A stretch of 64,000 nt of DNA from the IMG/VR virus record IMGVR_UViG_3300006802_000076, positions 1 to 64,000 of that record; one strand, given 5' to 3'. A program made the position numbers and the translations under genes. Below the pieces are notes generated by a model, which did no database searches, was not told where the DNA came from, and worked only from the letters and a program-made list of their open reading frames with translations. This DNA comes from a virus. This document shows, piece by piece, positions 17,539-28,200 of the stretch (within the stretch, counting starts at the first letter, position 1; every line of letters starts with the position of its first letter).

Positions 17539-18250
17539 TTTTCCAGATTCTCCGTCTTTGAATGATGTTTTCACATCCAGCGGCAAAACGTGGGTATGGA
17601 ATGGGACGGCTTGGAGCGCGGCAAGTGTTGATCATGGTTCTTTATCTGGTCTTTCAGATGATGATCATACCCAATACCTTTTGGTTGATGGGACTAGAAC
17701 CGCCACTTCTCTAAACGTTTCTGGGAGTCTTACAGTTGATACAAATACTTTGTTTGTAGATTCCGTCAACAATAAGGTAGCTATCAACGCCTCTTCTGTT
17801 TACGGTACGGCCAACTTTGAAGTTTCGTCTTCTTCAGGTAATGCAGCTGCCATGATTGACGCTCCATCTGGCGGTTACGCGATTCAATACTTTGGAGAGA
17901 ATGGTATTTCATCTTGGCACTACGAGTCTCTACCAAGCGCTGCTGGTAAACACTTTCACTTTGTCGAAACCGGTATTGCTGCCAGATTGGCATTGGAAGC
18001 TGGTGGAAATGTCGGTATTGGGACAACTAGTCCATCGGCAAAGCTTGATGTTGTTGGCAATGCTGAGATTAACGGAAACATCACTGTTACGGGCACGGTT
18101 GACGGTCGCGACATTGCTGCTGACGGTGCCATAATTGATGCTGCTATCACAAGTTCCGATGTTGATAATATTGTTGAAATAAGTCAAGCATCTTATGATG
18201 CGTTGGGATCGGGTCGCCCCGCTGGGCGGCTATACTTGATTACGAGCTAA
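17528..18250 (+). CDS. Fibre-like protein
   Basis: FPDSPSLND, DDDHTQY, GNVGIGTTSPSAKLDV. Confidence 0.65.
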   Translation: MAVNFPDSPSLNDVFTSSGKTWVWNGTAWSAASVDHGSLSGLSDDDHTQYLLVDGTRTATSLNVSGSLTVDTNTLFVDSVNNKVAINASSVYGTANFEVSSSSGNAAAMIDAPSGGYAIQYFGENGISSWHYESLPSAAGKHFHFVETGIAARLALEAGGNVGIGTTSPSAKLDVVGNAEINGNITVTGTVDGRDIAADGAIIDAAITSSDVDNIVEISQASYDALGSGRPAGRLYLITS

Positions 18251-18253
18251 GCT

Positions 18254-18613
18254 ATGACTACACCAACAGAAGATCCGACAACGTGGGTAACTGCGCAATA
18301 TGATGATGTGTGGGAGTATGAGAACACTGACGGGCTTCGGTGGCGTATCACGGGCACCTGCAACGCCTGCGGGGCGTGCGAGATGCCGCCCGCTGCGATT
18401 GACGGCGAACCCGTCACGTTCACCAACCTTCGCATCTATCTGGATGGGACGAGCGACGAGTGGACACGCACCGTTCGCTGGTACGACGAACCCGGCCAAC
18501 CGGGCGCGTGCATCGAAGAGGGCTACGATCAGCGGCGTGACATTCCACTGACGCCCGACGGCCTGCCGAACCCGGCGCAGGGATGCCTTCTCGCTGGTGA
18601 GTGGCTGCCGTGA
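18254..18613 (+). CDS. Hypothetical protein with CxxCxxC motif (GC-rich)
   Basis: GTCNACGACE; GC-rich codons. Confidence 0.6.
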   Translation: MTTPTEDPTTWVTAQYDDVWEYENTDGLRWRITGTCNACGACEMPPAAIDGEPVTFTNLRIYLDGTSDEWTRTVRWYDEPGQPGACIEEGYDQRRDIPLTPDGLPNPAQGCLLAGEWLP

Positions 18614-19338
18614 CTACGTTCTACTGGCGGTCGATCACGCCCGACGACGGGCCTGGCAATACGACGCAATCGATTGCGTTGCCGTGGGGTACTGATGTAA
18701 CCGGGAACCAGTTGACGTCTCGGGCGACTGTGTACGGGTCGCTCTCCGAGACGATCAACCCGACGTCGTCATTCAACAGCCTCGTTCGGGTGACGGCGGC
18801 GCAAACCGCCCGCCAGTCCGGCCTGTTCGCCGTCTGGGTGTCTGAGCCGCTTGCAGCGCAGACCGTTTCAGCGCAGACGTGGACGATGTTCGTCGGCAAC
18901 CAGCAGAGCAACTCCCGCGCCGACGCTTACACGGCAGCGTCGCTCTACATCTGGCGGTCGGGTGCGGTCGCCTCGTACATCTTCGACGCCGCTCAACAGT
19001 TGGGGTCCGAGTGGACGACAACGACCAGCGTTGAATCGTTCACGGCAAGCCTCGGGTCGTTCACGCTGCAAGCAAGCGACCGGCTGGTGCTGGAGGTGTG
19101 GTACACGTCCGCGCAAGTGAAGGCGCAGTCGTATCAGAACACCCTGCTCTGGGGTGGCAACGACGACACAACGACAGGTAATGGTAATGGTAGCCCAGCC
19201 AGCTATATTAGTCTTCCTCAAACTTTAAATTTTCTAGGAGATTCCAATATAGCACTTGGAGATCTTACTGTTACAAAAGCTTATTTGGGAGACTTGGCTG
19301 TTTCCGCAGCGTATCTTGGTGATGTTAAAGTTCTTTAA
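18601..19338 (+). CDS. Putative virion protein (mostly GC-rich)
   Basis: 245-aa Ser/Thr-rich ORF; AYLGD repeats at the C-terminus. Confidence 0.6.
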   Translation: MAAVTTFYWRSITPDDGPGNTTQSIALPWGTDVTGNQLTSRATVYGSLSETINPTSSFNSLVRVTAAQTARQSGLFAVWVSEPLAAQTVSAQTWTMFVGNQQSNSRADAYTAASLYIWRSGAVASYIFDAAQQLGSEWTTTTSVESFTASLGSFTLQASDRLVLEVWYTSAQVKAQSYQNTLLWGGNDDTTTGNGNGSPASYISLPQTLNFLGDSNIALGDLTVTKAYLGDLAVSAAYLGDVKVL

Positions 19339-19374
19339 TGTTGATCTATTTAAGGAATAGTGTATAATATATTT

Positions 19375-20217
19375 ATGAGTGGAGTTTTATACCCGACAAG
19401 ATATGGATCTCGTCTTGTTACTATAGACGAGCTTTTTGCTGAGCATCATCTTGACAAGATGCATCCAGAATTTGCAAGACGTTTAAAGAAATGGCTTGTT
19501 GATCAAAATGGAAATGTTGGCATTGGCGGATCTTGGAGAGATACTGGTGCTCAACCAGATAAGCCAGGCTTTGCCCCTGAAGGTAAAAGTTTTCATCAAT
19601 ATCAAAAGTTTGCTTCCGGATTGATTAAATTTTCTGCTGTCGATCTTGTTGTGAGAAATCCTGGGAAGGTGCATCGTGCTCCTAAGTGGTCAGAAGTTCC
19701 TGTTCAGTATTCAGATTGGTCAAAAAAGTATGGTGTTCATGCAAATGTTTCAACTGAAAGTTGGCATATGCAGCCGATTGAGATCGACGGACATCTGGGC
19801 TGGATGAGGGCTGGGTGCCCCGATCCAGTCTCTAATTATCCAATTCCAGGTAGTGAAGTATATATACAACATGGAATGCTAATACCAAAAGGAGAAGACT
19901 TAGAAATGATAGTAAATAAACCGCATAGAGCTTATGATTCAAGAAGCGGCTCTGTGCATAAAGCTGGTGAGACTAGAAAGATTAAAGTGGCGAATGCGAA
20001 AGCTGCCTTTATTAATATTGTTGCCGTTAATCCAGATGGATCTGGTTACCTGACTGCATGGGGGGATGGTAATCGTCCCGACTCTTCACATATGAACTAC
20101 ACTAAAGGTGTGACCATTGCTAATGGTGTCTGGGTTCCGGTTATGAGTGATGGATCAATTAATGTTTATACCCACAAATCATGCCATGTCGTTATTGATG
20201 TGCTGGCCACAGCTTAA
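19375..20217 (+). CDS. Endolysin-like M15-type zinc peptidase with C-terminal putative surface-binding domain
   Basis: GKSFH...AVD...ESWH; C-terminal YDSR...GYLTAWG...AN...HVVIDV. Confidence 0.7.
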   Translation: MSGVLYPTRYGSRLVTIDELFAEHHLDKMHPEFARRLKKWLVDQNGNVGIGGSWRDTGAQPDKPGFAPEGKSFHQYQKFASGLIKFSAVDLVVRNPGKVHRAPKWSEVPVQYSDWSKKYGVHANVSTESWHMQPIEIDGHLGWMRAGCPDPVSNYPIPGSEVYIQHGMLIPKGEDLEMIVNKPHRAYDSRSGSVHKAGETRKIKVANAKAAFINIVAVNPDGSGYLTAWGDGNRPDSSHMNYTKGVTIANGVWVPVMSDGSINVYTHKSCHVVIDVLATA

Positions 20218-20277
20218 TCTAGTTTAGATAGATAAATTTTACTTTTTAAACAATATTTGTGGTATCCTATATTCACT

Positions 20278-21834
20278 ATGGAAGATTTAAATCTTAGCTT
20301 CCCGATTGATATGATCAAGAAGGAGCAACGTATTGTTGTTGGCATTGCAACTGCTGACAATGTTGATAAAGCTGGAGATTTGATTGACTTTGAGGCTTCT
20401 GTTGAAGCTTTCAAAAACTGGACTGGCAATATCCGCGAGATGCACGCACCAATCGCTGTTGGCAAAGCTATTAGCTATAAGCCAATTAAAATAAAAGGCG
20501 ATGATGGTGTTGAATACAATGCAATGCAAGTTGAGGCTTATGTCTCAAAAGGTGCTCAAGATACTTGGGAAAAAGTTCTTGATGGTACATTGAGATCATT
20601 TTCTGTTGGTGGTCGGATTCTTCAAAAGGAAGAAGATACGACAAAGATGTTCCGCGGTAAGCCTGTTTCTATTATCAAGAAATACGAGCTTGGAGAGTTG
20701 AGTTTGGTAGACAATCCAGCTAATCCTGCGGCCGTTATTGATATTGTAAAGTTTGATCAGTCAGATCATCTTGATTATATTCTTAAGATCGATTGTAATG
20801 ATATCGATTTAACTATTCCTGAGTCTGTTCGTAAGATGGCAGAAGTAGGTCTGCGGCAGAGGCGTGAGCATGGTCGTGGTGGAACAAGTGTTGGTATGGG
20901 GTCGGCTAGAAGGCTTGCCCGCGGCGGATCTGTTTCTCCAGAATTTGTTAGAAAAGTAGCTAGATACTTTCCTAGACATGCTGTTGATCTTAAAGCTGAA
21001 GGGGCAAATCCTGGTGATGATGGTTATCCATCTAATGGGAGAATTGCATGGAATCTTTGGGGTGGCACACCTGGATGGGTTTGGGCTAGGTCTAAAGTTC
21101 GTCAATTAGACAATTGCACAAGGAAATTTGAAAATTCAGATTTTGAGAAAGAAATCTCATGCTCATGCGGTTGCGGGGTATGTAATGATGATATTATTAA
21201 GGAGTTCACCGATATGGAAGAAATGTTGGAACAAGTTCTTAATGAAGAGGGTTTGACCCTTGAAGATGTTGAGAAATCTTTGCATAATGATGAAAATTAT
21301 GCTAAGGTATCAAATGTGGATACGTCTGCTGAAGTCAAACTTTCTTTGTTAAAAAGATTTGTCAACTGGTTAATGGTTGACGAAGAGGCAGTCGTTGAAA
21401 AGTCTGTCGAAATTGAAGATGCTTCAACTCAAACTGAGATTGAAGCGGATATCGACCAAATGGAGGATCAAATGGATATTGAAATTCTAAAAGATGCTCT
21501 AGGTTCGGTCTTTGATCAGAAGCTTACCGACTTCGCCGCTTCTCTAAAAGAAGAGGTTGAAGCGTCTATGGATGCGAAGATTGAAGAAGTAACCAAGAGC
21601 GCTGACGCTCAGCGTGAAGAGTTGGAGCAGAAGCTTGCTTCTGCCGAAGAAGCTCTTGCTGAGCAAACTGCTAAGGTGGAAGCTTTTGCTACCGCTGGTG
21701 CCGTAAAGAAGAGCGTCGATCCAGACGACGATGAGGAAGGGGAAGATGCGCTTGTCAAGTCTGCTCCTAAGCCATTCTGGAATAATGTTTATCTGCCAGC
21801 AGAGCTAGTCAAGGCTCTTGGCTATGAGTCGTGA
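20278..21834 (+). CDS. Prohead protease fused to scaffold-like C-terminus
   Basis: IREMH, SFSVGG, ELSLVDNPANP; acidic coiled-coil C-terminus. Confidence 0.85.
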   Translation: MEDLNLSFPIDMIKKEQRIVVGIATADNVDKAGDLIDFEASVEAFKNWTGNIREMHAPIAVGKAISYKPIKIKGDDGVEYNAMQVEAYVSKGAQDTWEKVLDGTLRSFSVGGRILQKEEDTTKMFRGKPVSIIKKYELGELSLVDNPANPAAVIDIVKFDQSDHLDYILKIDCNDIDLTIPESVRKMAEVGLRQRREHGRGGTSVGMGSARRLARGGSVSPEFVRKVARYFPRHAVDLKAEGANPGDDGYPSNGRIAWNLWGGTPGWVWARSKVRQLDNCTRKFENSDFEKEISCSCGCGVCNDDIIKEFTDMEEMLEQVLNEEGLTLEDVEKSLHNDENYAKVSNVDTSAEVKLSLLKRFVNWLMVDEEAVVEKSVEIEDASTQTEIEADIDQMEDQMDIEILKDALGSVFDQKLTDFAASLKEEVEASMDAKIEEVTKSADAQREELEQKLASAEEALAEQTAKVEAFATAGAVKKSVDPDDDEEGEDALVKSAPKPFWNNVYLPAELVKALGYES

Positions 21835-21852
21835 TTAGGAGGATATAATAAA

Positions 21853-22884
21853 ATGGCAACTCAAGAAGAAATTCTATCAAAGGCTAACGAAGTAACCACC
21901 TCAGTTGTTGGTGGCGCTTCCGGTGGCCTCCTTAACGCTGAACAGTCTAATCGCTTCCTAGATTTCGTCGTGGATCAGTCTGTTCTTATGCAAAACAGCC
22001 GTGTTGTCCGTATGCGTGCATCAAGCATGGATATCGACAAGCTTTCGGTCGGTAGCCGCATCATGCGGAAGGCTACTGAGGCAACCGATGACGGTTCAAA
22101 TGCAGCCGTAACCTTCTCGAAGGTTTCACTTTCCAGCGTCAAGCTTCGTCTTGACTGGGAAATCTCAACTGAGTCTCTTGAAGACAACATTGAGGGTGCT
22201 TCTCTTGAGGATCATCTCGCTCAGGTCATGGCTCGCCAGACCGCTAACGATCTTGATGACCTTCTCATCAATGGCAACACCTCGTCTTCAAACACTCTCC
22301 TGAAGGCTCTTGACGGTTTCGTCAAGCTCGCCCTCGCCAGCGGCACTACCGTTGATGAGGCCGGTGACAACATTTCACGTTCAGTTTTCGATCGTGTTTT
22401 GCGTAACCTTCCAAACAAGTACTTGCAGCGTCGTAACGAGCTTCGGTTCTTCACTGGCCCTGGTGTGGTGCAGGATGCGATCTATTCGCTCCAGAACCCC
22501 AACTCTGCCACTGAGGCTTCCGCTGGTGCCCCAAGCCCAGGTTCGACCACTGGCGACATGGCTTTCCTGAATGGTGCCATGCGTGCAAATGGTGGCGCTG
22601 GTGCAACTGGTCTTGCTCCTTACGGCATTCCGCTGGTTGAGGTTCCTCTGATGCCAGAGGCCGAGACTGGTGACTACTCAGGTGCAGCCGGTTCACACGG
22701 TTACGTTGAGCTTACCTTCCCCAATAACCGGGTTGTTGGTTTGCATCGTGACATCACTGTCTACCGTCAGTTCCAGCCAAAGACTGACACGATTGAGTAC
22801 ACCCAGTACATGCGTGTCGCTGCGAACATTGAGAACGCAGACAGCTACGTCATCGCTAAGAACGTTAAGCTTCGTAGCGCTTGA
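21853..22884 (+). CDS. Major capsid protein
   Basis: GGLLNAEQSNRF, ESLEDNIEG; follows protease; strong RBS. Confidence 0.9.
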   Translation: MATQEEILSKANEVTTSVVGGASGGLLNAEQSNRFLDFVVDQSVLMQNSRVVRMRASSMDIDKLSVGSRIMRKATEATDDGSNAAVTFSKVSLSSVKLRLDWEISTESLEDNIEGASLEDHLAQVMARQTANDLDDLLINGNTSSSNTLLKALDGFVKLALASGTTVDEAGDNISRSVFDRVLRNLPNKYLQRRNELRFFTGPGVVQDAIYSLQNPNSATEASAGAPSPGSTTGDMAFLNGAMRANGGAGATGLAPYGIPLVEVPLMPEAETGDYSGAAGSHGYVELTFPNNRVVGLHRDITVYRQFQPKTDTIEYTQYMRVAANIENADSYVIAKNVKLRSA

Positions 22885-22918
22885 TCTTAGGGCCGTTATA
22901 GTTATCAGTCCTATGTGG

Positions 22919-22944
22919 ATGGCGGGGGGTTTTCCCCCCGCTAT
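22919..22944 (+). terminator. Hairpin after the capsid gene
   Basis: ATGGCGGGGGG-TTTT-CCCCCCGCTAT. Confidence 0.6.
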
Positions 22945-22981
22945 TCTCATTTATAAACAGTTTTATGGTAATATTGATATT

Positions 22982-23380
22982 ATGAGTGATATGAGTAATA
23001 ATGTAATTAAGTCAACTGATCTGCCTGAATCTTCTAAACCAGTTAAGGCTGCTGCTAAGAAGACGACCGCCAAGAAGGCGGCTGCGAAAAAGATTGATTC
23101 TGAGCCGGTCGTTGAAAGTGATGTCGTTTCAAGTGAAGAGGCTCCTGTTGTTGAAAAGTCACCGCTTCCTGATAAATCAGTTGCGAAGGCATCTAATGGG
23201 AAGAAGTTTGTTTTCTTTTCTAGTGGGTCGGCTTATTCGACAAAAGAAGGAATTCGCTTTACTAGAGATAAGCGAATTTATGAGATCGATGAAGAGGAAG
23301 CGGATCATCTTTTGAGTTTTGATAATTTTAGACTTCCTACTCAATTAGAATTAGAAGAATATTATAAGGAGAATACCTGA
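22982..23380 (+). CDS. Hypothetical protein with Lys/Ala-rich N-terminus
   Basis: Start after TGG-TAATAT; coupled to the next gene. Confidence 0.65.
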   Translation: MSDMSNNVIKSTDLPESSKPVKAAAKKTTAKKAAAKKIDSEPVVESDVVSSEEAPVVEKSPLPDKSVAKASNGKKFVFFSSGSAYSTKEGIRFTRDKRIYEIDEEEADHLLSFDNFRLPTQLELEEYYKENT

Positions 23381-23763
23381 TGGCTGGAAACTTAAGCAAT
23401 TATCTAGAAAATGAACTTCTTGATCACTTTCTAGGAACCGGGGCGTACACGATGCCTTCTAATGTTTATCTTGCATTGTATACAGTTGCACCCACTGATA
23501 CTGGTGGTGGCACCGAAGTCACCGGGGGGTCCTATGTTAGGAAGGCTATTACTTTCGGCGCAGCGTCAGGTGGTTCTGCAGCTAATGATGCAAATATAGA
23601 TTTTACCAATATGCCAGCTTGCACAGTTGTCGCTGTAGGGCTTTTGGATGCATCAACAGGGGGTAATCTTCTTGTTTATGGAACTCTGACAACTAATAAA
23701 ACGCTAGATGCGGGCGATATCTTTAGAGCGCAGATTGGTGATATAGTTGTTTCTATTGACTAA
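23380..23763 (+). CDS. Virion structural protein
   Basis: LSNYLENELLDH...VYLALYT...EVTGGSYVR. Confidence 0.7.
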   Translation: MAGNLSNYLENELLDHFLGTGAYTMPSNVYLALYTVAPTDTGGGTEVTGGSYVRKAITFGAASGGSAANDANIDFTNMPACTVVAVGLLDASTGGNLLVYGTLTTNKTLDAGDIFRAQIGDIVVSID

Positions 23764-23771
23764 GGATCGAT

Positions 23772-24122
23772 ATGGAAAGAAGAGAATTTAGCGGAGCCGT
23801 AGAAGAGACTGATCTATCGTCTGGGATTTCAGATGTTGATACAGCCATACCTGTCACCGATGGTAGCACGTATCCGTTAGGCACAGTTAATCCATTTGTG
23901 ATTGTTGTTGATAAAGGCGTTCCTGCTGAAGAGAAGATACTCTGTTCTTCAAGAAGCGGCAATACTATAACAGCTTTGATTAGGGGTTACGATGGAACCT
24001 CTGCCTCCTCTCATTCTTCTGGTGCCAGAGTCGATCATGTTCTTGACGCTGAAGCGGTTCAAAGCATGAATGATATAACTTTTGATAATTCCATTCTTTT
24101 ATGGAGTGGTATAGGAGGCTAA
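23772..24122 (+). CDS. Virion protein
   Basis: RGYDGT...H.SGA.V motif. Confidence 0.65.
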   Translation: MERREFSGAVEETDLSSGISDVDTAIPVTDGSTYPLGTVNPFVIVVDKGVPAEEKILCSSRSGNTITALIRGYDGTSASSHSSGARVDHVLDAEAVQSMNDITFDNSILLWSGIGG

Positions 24123-24125
24123 TTT

Positions 24126-24458
24126 ATGGCTAATATTACACCAAAGCTTTTATATATAGGGAACGATACTGCTTCGAACGTTTATACTGTCTCGTCTAAT
24201 GTTGGATCGTATTCAATTGTTAGAACTATAAATGTTTGCAATACTGCTGCGACTGATAAAACTTTTTCTTTGAATATTATTCCGGCTAGCGGTTCCGCTG
24301 GGGCGAATAACAAGGTCATGAGCAGCTTAACTGTCCCTGCTAATGATGTTGTTGTTTCTGATACTGTTCTTGTTTTGAATGCTGGAGATTCTATATACTA
24401 TGATCCTGTAGATTCTAATTTGACGCTAGCAGTGAGTGGAGTGGAGTACGTTGCATGA
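24126..24458 (+). CDS. Virion protein
   Basis: LVLNAGDSI...SGVE motif. Confidence 0.65.
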   Translation: MANITPKLLYIGNDTASNVYTVSSNVGSYSIVRTINVCNTAATDKTFSLNIIPASGSAGANNKVMSSLTVPANDVVVSDTVLVLNAGDSIYYDPVDSNLTLAVSGVEYVA

Positions 24459-24901
24459 TAAGGAATTTATCTGGCAATAAAAATGCAATCCGAGTCCTTG
24501 AGAACGCTGATATTGACGGCAATATTATTGTTGGCGGGACTGTTGATGGCAGAGATGTCGCCTCAGATGGTTCAAAACTTGACGGTATTGAATCTGGTGC
24601 AGTTGATCCAAGCGTAGAAATAAACACCGTGGTAACTGGCACAACAGATACACTTGCTGCCGGTGATGTTTGGAAGCTTACACAATATAGCAATGCTACC
24701 CTTGTCACGGTCACAGTGCCTACTGGTACATTCTCTACTGGTGACTGGTTTTTGCTTCAGTCAACCGGGGCTGGTGGTTTGACTTTATCGACTACAGGTC
24801 TTACTGTTAATGGTGCAAATACAACTATCGCTGAGTCTGAGGGGATGATGGTAGTTTTCACAGGGGCCAGCACAATATCTGTATTTGGAGGCACTTCGTG
24901 A
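24455..24901 (+). CDS. Fibre-like protein
   Basis: GTVDGRD segment shared with the 17528 ORF. Confidence 0.6.
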   Translation: MIRNLSGNKNAIRVLENADIDGNIIVGGTVDGRDVASDGSKLDGIESGAVDPSVEINTVVTGTTDTLAAGDVWKLTQYSNATLVTVTVPTGTFSTGDWFLLQSTGAGGLTLSTTGLTVNGANTTIAESEGMMVVFTGASTISVFGGTS

Positions 24902-24955
24902 GTCTTACTTCTTTTGTTACTGCTTCTGTTGGACAAATAAAAAAGGGATAGGATT

Positions 24956-25222
24956 ATGAATTATTTCACTTGGATAAGTCAAGAGGCATTTGATAACTGG
25001 CATCAGACTGTTGTGGAAGGATTAAATTTACCACGTATAGGTGTCAATTCTGCTACCGGAGAGCTTGCTCCGGACAAACAGCACACTACTGCGTATACAT
25101 CTGTTTTGGAAGTCTCTGCTGATGACTGGCGCGCTCCGGTGGAGTCAGATATTGCAGCTGCGTATTCGGATGGGCTGGGTGCGCCGTGTGATCCGCCACC
25201 ATCGTTAGATCTATACGAATAG
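24956..25222 (+). CDS. Hypothetical protein
   Basis: 88-aa ORF with RBS. Confidence 0.6.
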   Translation: MNYFTWISQEAFDNWHQTVVEGLNLPRIGVNSATGELAPDKQHTTAYTSVLEVSADDWRAPVESDIAAAYSDGLGAPCDPPPSLDLYE

Positions 25223-25237
25223 TATTGGAAGGATGTT

Positions 25238-28200
25238 GTGAGTTTTTTTAGTTTAATTTCTTCGGTATTAAGACAACAAGGTAGTTTGCCTAATCTTATT
25301 GTTAAGTATCTTGTTATTGCTGGCGGTGGTGGCGGTGGTGCTGGTAATGATGGTGGCGGTGGTGGTGCTGGAGGTTATAGAACTTCTTATGAGTCTGTTT
25401 TTTACACTGGCACATTAAGTCAGTTAGGTTCTGATATTGACGGTGAAGCCGAATATGATTGGTTTGGATTTACTGTTGATATATCGTCTGATGGTGGCCG
25501 TCTTGCCGTAGGAGCTACTTTGAATGACGGTAGTGGTGTAGATGCTGGTAACGTGAGAGTTTTTGACTGGAACGGCTCTGCTTGGGTGCAGGCCGGTTCT
25601 GATATTGACGGTGAGGCTGCTGGTGATCAGTTTGGACGTTACTTGTCTTTATCGTCTGATGGTGACCGTCTTGCTGTTGGTGCTATCTTCAATGACGGTA
25701 GTGGTGTAGATGCTGGTAGCGTGAGAGTTTTTGACTGGAACGGTTCGGCTTGGGTGCAGGCCGGTTCTGATATTGACGGTGAGGCCGCAGATGATCGGTT
25801 CGGACGCTACCTTGATCTATCGTCTGATGGTAATCGTCTTGCTGTGGGGGCCGATAGGAATGACGGTAGTGGTGTAGATGCTGGTAGCGTGAGAGTTTTT
25901 GACTGGAACGGTTCTTCTTGGGTTCAAGTTGGTTCTGACATCGACGGCGAGGCTGCTGGTGATTGGTTTGGATATGCTCTTGCTTTATCGTCCGATGGTA
26001 ACCGTTTAGCTGTGGGTGCTTATCTGAACGACGGTAACGGAACAGACTCTGGTCATGTGAGAGTTTTTGACTGGAACGGCTCTGCTTGGGTGCAGGCCGG
26101 TTCTGATATTGACAGTGAGGTTGCTGGCGATCTGTTTGGAGTTTCTGTTGCTTTATCGTCCGATGGCAATCGTTTAGCTGTAGGAGCTGCTTCGAACGAC
26201 GGTAACGGAACAGACTCTGGTCATGTGAGAGTTTTTGACTGGAACGGTTCTGCTTGGGTGCAGGCCGGTTCTGATATTGACGGTGAGGATGTTGGTGATC
26301 AGTTTGGAGTTTCTGTTGCTTTATCGTCCGATGGTAATCGTTTAGCTGTAGGAGCTAGTTTGAACGACGGTGGTGGGTTTGATAGTGGTCATGTGAGAGT
26401 TTTTGACTGGAACGGTTCTTCTTGGGTTCAAGTTGGTTCTGATATTGACGGTGAGGCCGAATATGATCGGTTTGGTCGCTCTGTTGCTTTATCATCGAAT
26501 GGTGACCGTCTTGCTATTGGTGGTTTCCTTAACGACGGTGGTGGGGTTGATAATGGTCATGTGAGAGTTTATGAGTTTGCTCCTGTTATAGTTGGTGTTT
26601 CTGGTGGTGGTTCTTCTGTTGAGGAGGCGGTCACGCTTAACCCCGGTGAACTTTATAATGTTACTGTCGGTGCGGGTGGTGCTGCTAATGTTAATGGTTC
26701 ACTGTCTGAATTTATTATAATTGGATCACAAGGTGGTGGTCATGGTGGTGGCAATACCGTTGGGGTTCCTACGGTTGGTGGTAGTGGTGGCGGTGGTGGT
26801 GCTGGTACTGGCAATACCACTGGGGCTGCTGGTACTGTTAATCAGGGTTATGCGGGTGGAAATTATGTGACGGATGCTGGTGGTGGCGGTGGCGCTGGCG
26901 GGCCTGGTCAAAATGGTAATACCACTGGTGCTCAAGCGTATGGTGGTGTGGGGCTTGCTTCCAGGATAACCGGATCTATAGTCCGTCGTGGTGGTGGTGG
27001 CGGTGGTGGTAATGACACTGCTGGTTACGGTGTGGCTGTTGATGGTGGCGGTAGTGGAACAACGAGTGATGGTCTTGATGGTGATGCTAACACTGGCGGC
27101 GGTGGTGGTGGTACGAATGGCCAGACCCCTGGCGCTGGTGGGTCTGGTGTGGTTATTTTGCGGTATCCAGATTCCTATGTTCCTATTCTTTATTCAGGCT
27201 TGACTGGCACCACTGTTAATATTGAAAACGATAATGTGACTACTATTACGGCTGGTACCGGAAATATTACATTTTTGCCTGTTTCTTCTAGTTCTCCAAT
27301 GGTGTTGGTTTTTGATACTTCTTTAGGTGATACGACTATAGAAATGCCATTGGAAGGTACTGTGAGCTGCACTATTGATTGGGGCGATGGAACATATGAT
27401 TCATATACAACTGTGGGCACTAAAACTCATACTTATGATTCAGATGGTGAGTATACAGTTAAAGTATTCGGACTTTTAACAGGCTTTGGTGCCAATGTCA
27501 CCCGTCCAGAGCTTACTAAATGCTTGTCGTTCGGTGAAATCGGTTTGACATCGCTGGTAACTGCTTTCCGCGGTTGTGCAAACCTGACACAGGTTCCAAC
27601 ATCGTTGCCTACCACTTCTGCTGTTACGACTATTCAAGGGATGTTCCGTGACGCTACGTCTTTCAACCAAGATATTAGCGGTTGGGATACATCATCAATA
27701 ACTGGCATGTATGCAGCTTTTCATACTGCGACTTCATTTAACCAGGATATCTCTTCTTGGGATACATCAAGCGTTGAAAACATGGTGCTTATGTTTAATA
27801 ATGCTACGTCTTTTGATCAAAATCTCGGCAGTTGGGATGTTACATCTCTGCTGTTTGCAAATGATATGTTTGCTGGTGTCACTCTTTCTGCGGCTAACTA
27901 CGAAGCTCTTCTGATTGGCTGGGCTGCACAATCCGTTCAGCCTAATGTTCTATTCGGCGGCGGGAATAGCCAATACTCTTTTGGCGAAGCAACTACTGCT
28001 AGATCTATTCTTACTTCAGCAGCTAATGGCTGGACGATAACTGATGGCGGTCCTGAGCCAGTATCTGGAATGATTTTATGGCTAGACGCTTCAAATGCTT
28101 CAACTATTACTGCATCTTCTGGAAAAGTTTCTCAATGGGACGACCTGTCTGGTAGTGGCAACTCTGTAACTCAGCCCACGTCTGCGTATCAGCCCACTAC

